Source of the DNA: Klebsormidium nitens
Taxonomy: Eukaryota; Plantae; Klebsormidiophyceae
NCBI GenBank assembly: GCA_000708835.1
Contig: DF237137.1
Coordinates: forward strand, 85,574 to 149,573
Direction: 5' to 3'
DNA length: 64,000 bases
The translations under genes were made by a program, and so were the position numbers. Under the pieces are notes generated by a model. The model saw nothing but the letters and a program-made list of their open reading frames with translations. It ran no database searches and was not told where the DNA came from. Positions 61,801 through 64,000 of the stretch are shown here, piece by piece; position 1 is the first letter of the stretch, and every line of letters starts with the position of its first letter.

Positions 61801-63441
61801 GGCTATTGGTTTCGCTTCACCAGCGTAGAACCAGAAGGAATTGCGGTTCAATTCTCGGACGCACACGCTTCTTAGGTTCTTTAGTATTCAGCCGAAGATA
61901 TGATCCGGCTTTCGGTCTGCCTTAGACGTCGAAACCTTTGCTAGACGCCTGCCGCAGCCCCTTAACGTCAACACATGATATCCAACTCTAAATCTCTGAC
62001 AGCTTGAAATTGGTAACCCTTATACTCTCAAGACTCAAATCGTTGAATCATTTCTGCGCAGGTTGCTTAAACCCTGCGGAGGAGATTGTGCGCCTATCGC
62101 ACTCCGTCGGCGCGAAGGTCCTGCTTGATGCGTGCCAGAGCGTGCCGCACATGCCGGTGGACGTCCAAGCGTTGGACGCGGACTGGCTCGTGGCGTCCGG
62201 ACACAAGGTGAGGACTGTAGAAATTGTCGCGGCTGCTTACGTCTCACGACGATAGTTCAGGTGTGTGAAAATTGAACCAGTCTGCTCGCTGGTCGTTTAC
62301 TGTGTCACCCGCTGACGTTATTTTGTTCCTCGCAGACATTCGGCTAGACCGACACCGTTGTCCTGTCCTTCTATGAAAAAAATGACGACAGGTTTTCCGC
62401 TGCCTGCCAGTCAGATCAGGACCGAAGGCTGACGCCTGCTAATATCGACTGCCCTTCCGCTGACCTCATCTCTTCGGCTGCTGACGTCACTCCCTCGATG
62501 CATGGGCCGACAGGCGTCACCTTTCTGTACGGCAGATTCGACGCAGTTTTGGGCATGCTGCCGTGGCAATGGACGCCGAGATGATCCGTGACGTGTTCTT
62601 CGCATTTCTCTGCTGCTGACGTCACCTCCTCTCTCCTCAGATGTGCGGGCCGACCGGCATCGGCTTCCTCTACGCCAAGTGGGACTTACTTCTAAGCATG
62701 CCGCCGTGGCAAGGCGGGGGCGAGATGATTCGTGACGTGTACTTTGACCATTCGACGTACCAGGAACCGCCGTCGCGGTTTGAGGCGGGGACGCCTGCGA
62801 TCGGGGAGGCGATTGGGCTGGGGGCCGCGTGCGACTACCTGAGCAGTGTTGGAATGGAGAGAATACATCAATATGAGGTCAGTCTGGCTTAAAACGTTGA
62901 GTTGCTTCCACGTCTGCCGCAATCTGAAGAGCGATCGTGTGAAGCGGGGACTGGACCGATGGTTTATGCGCGGAGTCCCTTTTGTGGGGCGGGGAATGCA
63001 TCGGCACTCGCCAACGCTGAGAGTTCATCGTCTCTTTCCTTACCGTTGAGAAGGAAATGATTCAATCCTCGGTCGCGGATGTGGGCTGATTCATTCGAGT
63101 AATGCAGCCTGCGGATCTTTGCGACACCATTTTCGGGAAATCTTTCATCAATCTGGAATTGGGAATATGGCAGGAGAAGGGAGTTCGGAGGCCGGGAACG
63201 GAACGCCATGGCAAGCAAAAGCCAAGTTCTTTACACAAAAATACGGGAAGAGCTCTTTGGACAATCTTTCCCCATTTTGCAGGTCGAGGTCGGGCGCTAC
63301 CTGTATGAAAAGCTGTCCGACATCCCGGAGATTCGGATCTATGGCCCGCCCCCCTCCCTGGCTGACCGGGCGTCCCTCTGCGCGTTCACAATAGAGGGCG
63401 TGCACGCAACCGACTTAGCTTCCCACCTGAACGACTTCCGG
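58832..63441 (+). CDS. sufS: Plastid cysteine desulfurase SufS/NFS2 (5' part; gene continues beyond the window)
   Basis: Exons ~58832-59176 (transit peptide, RPDFAILHQ), 59850-60143 ([30 protein letters not shown]), 61443-61629 ([10 protein letters not shown]), 62062-62207 (LLDACQS, ASGHK PLP lysine), 62641-62877 (FEAGTP), 63284-63441. The catalytic HHC segment is not in the window. Confidence 0.95.
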
Positions 63442-63969
63442 GTGAGTCTGGGGAAGCCTAGCGGATCGAGCAGCTGTTTGCAAGTTTTTTCTATTGAAAC
63501 AGATTGGGGGTACTGCTGTCAGTCCGACTCTGTGGCGACAGCAAGAGCGGGTCTGTGGCGACAGCAAGAGCGGGTCCCTTACAGAATCAGTTACTTCTGA
63601 GCTCTGTTTCGACATCTGTCGAAGCTCGCATGTAAAGTGTGCGACCGGGCCAACCGCTCGATTTGCAGTGACGGTATTTCTTCTAAATGCACTGGCTTTT
63701 TCGCACCAAGCTCCAACCGCGAGCACACTTTTCTAGGCTTATTCTCGAGCACTTCCTCCAAGCACTCGCTCTTCGCTTATATCTTCCAATCTGCCGGGCT
63801 CCCCAGCACGTTCTGAAGCGCGCTCCTTAGAATAGGCTTCTAAAGACCCGAGCACACTGAAGAAGTTATGCCAAAAGGAGTTACGCTTGTGAGCCAATTC
63901 CCGTACACTTATGCCAAAACTGTTAGGCTCTCGAGCACACTCGTCCGGCGCTTATGATATTGCTTTTCT

Positions 63970-64000
63970 CCTAAAACCCTAAAACCCTAAAACTCTAAAA
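63970..64000. repeat. Telomere-type repeat (CCCTAAAA)n, interstitial, running off the window end
   Basis: CCTAAAA CCCTAAAA CCCTAAAA CTCTAAAA. Confidence 0.7.

Noticed and set aside
63522-63567. 23-bp direct duplication TCTGTGGCGACAGCAAGAGCGGG
   Set aside because: Ordinary intronic slippage duplication with no further structure.
1-64000. tRNA, rRNA or other structured ncRNA genes
   Set aside because: None recognised by eye; a covariance-model scan would be needed to exclude snoRNAs.

Overview
Eukaryotic, intron-rich genomic DNA with GT-AG introns and two N gaps. The gene content (plastid SufS, a CYP746-like P450) and terminal CCCTAAAA repeats suggest a streptophyte alga such as Klebsormidium; this organism assignment is inference. 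The main structure is a ~16.7 kb segment (about 3914-20628) bounded by a 33-bp imperfect terminal inverted repeat (28/33 identity) and ~1 kb inverted subterminal repeat arrays. Both N gaps fall inside these arrays. The segment holds three spliced genes: a KDZ (Kyakuja-Dileera-Zisupton)-type transposase with an inserted chromodomain, a DUF3987-like P-loop ATPase, and a PrimPol-type primase-polymerase with all catalytic motifs. It looks like a large DNA transposon carrying its own primase/helicase module. To its left is a Zn-finger/SWIM/Tudor-like gene that stops at the element border, with an ankyrin ORF in a predicted intron. To its right are a Ty3/gypsy protease remnant, a CISD2-like NEET gene, a MYND-finger/carboxylesterase fusion, three paralogous PARP-like ADP-ribosyltransferase genes, a heme-oxygenase-like diiron oxidase with a plastid-like N-terminus, a CYP746-like P450, TSR2 and the 5' part of SufS. 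Degenerate copies of exon ends with their splice sites recur in the introns of four unrelated genes. Exon models were built by eye and no database searches were run.
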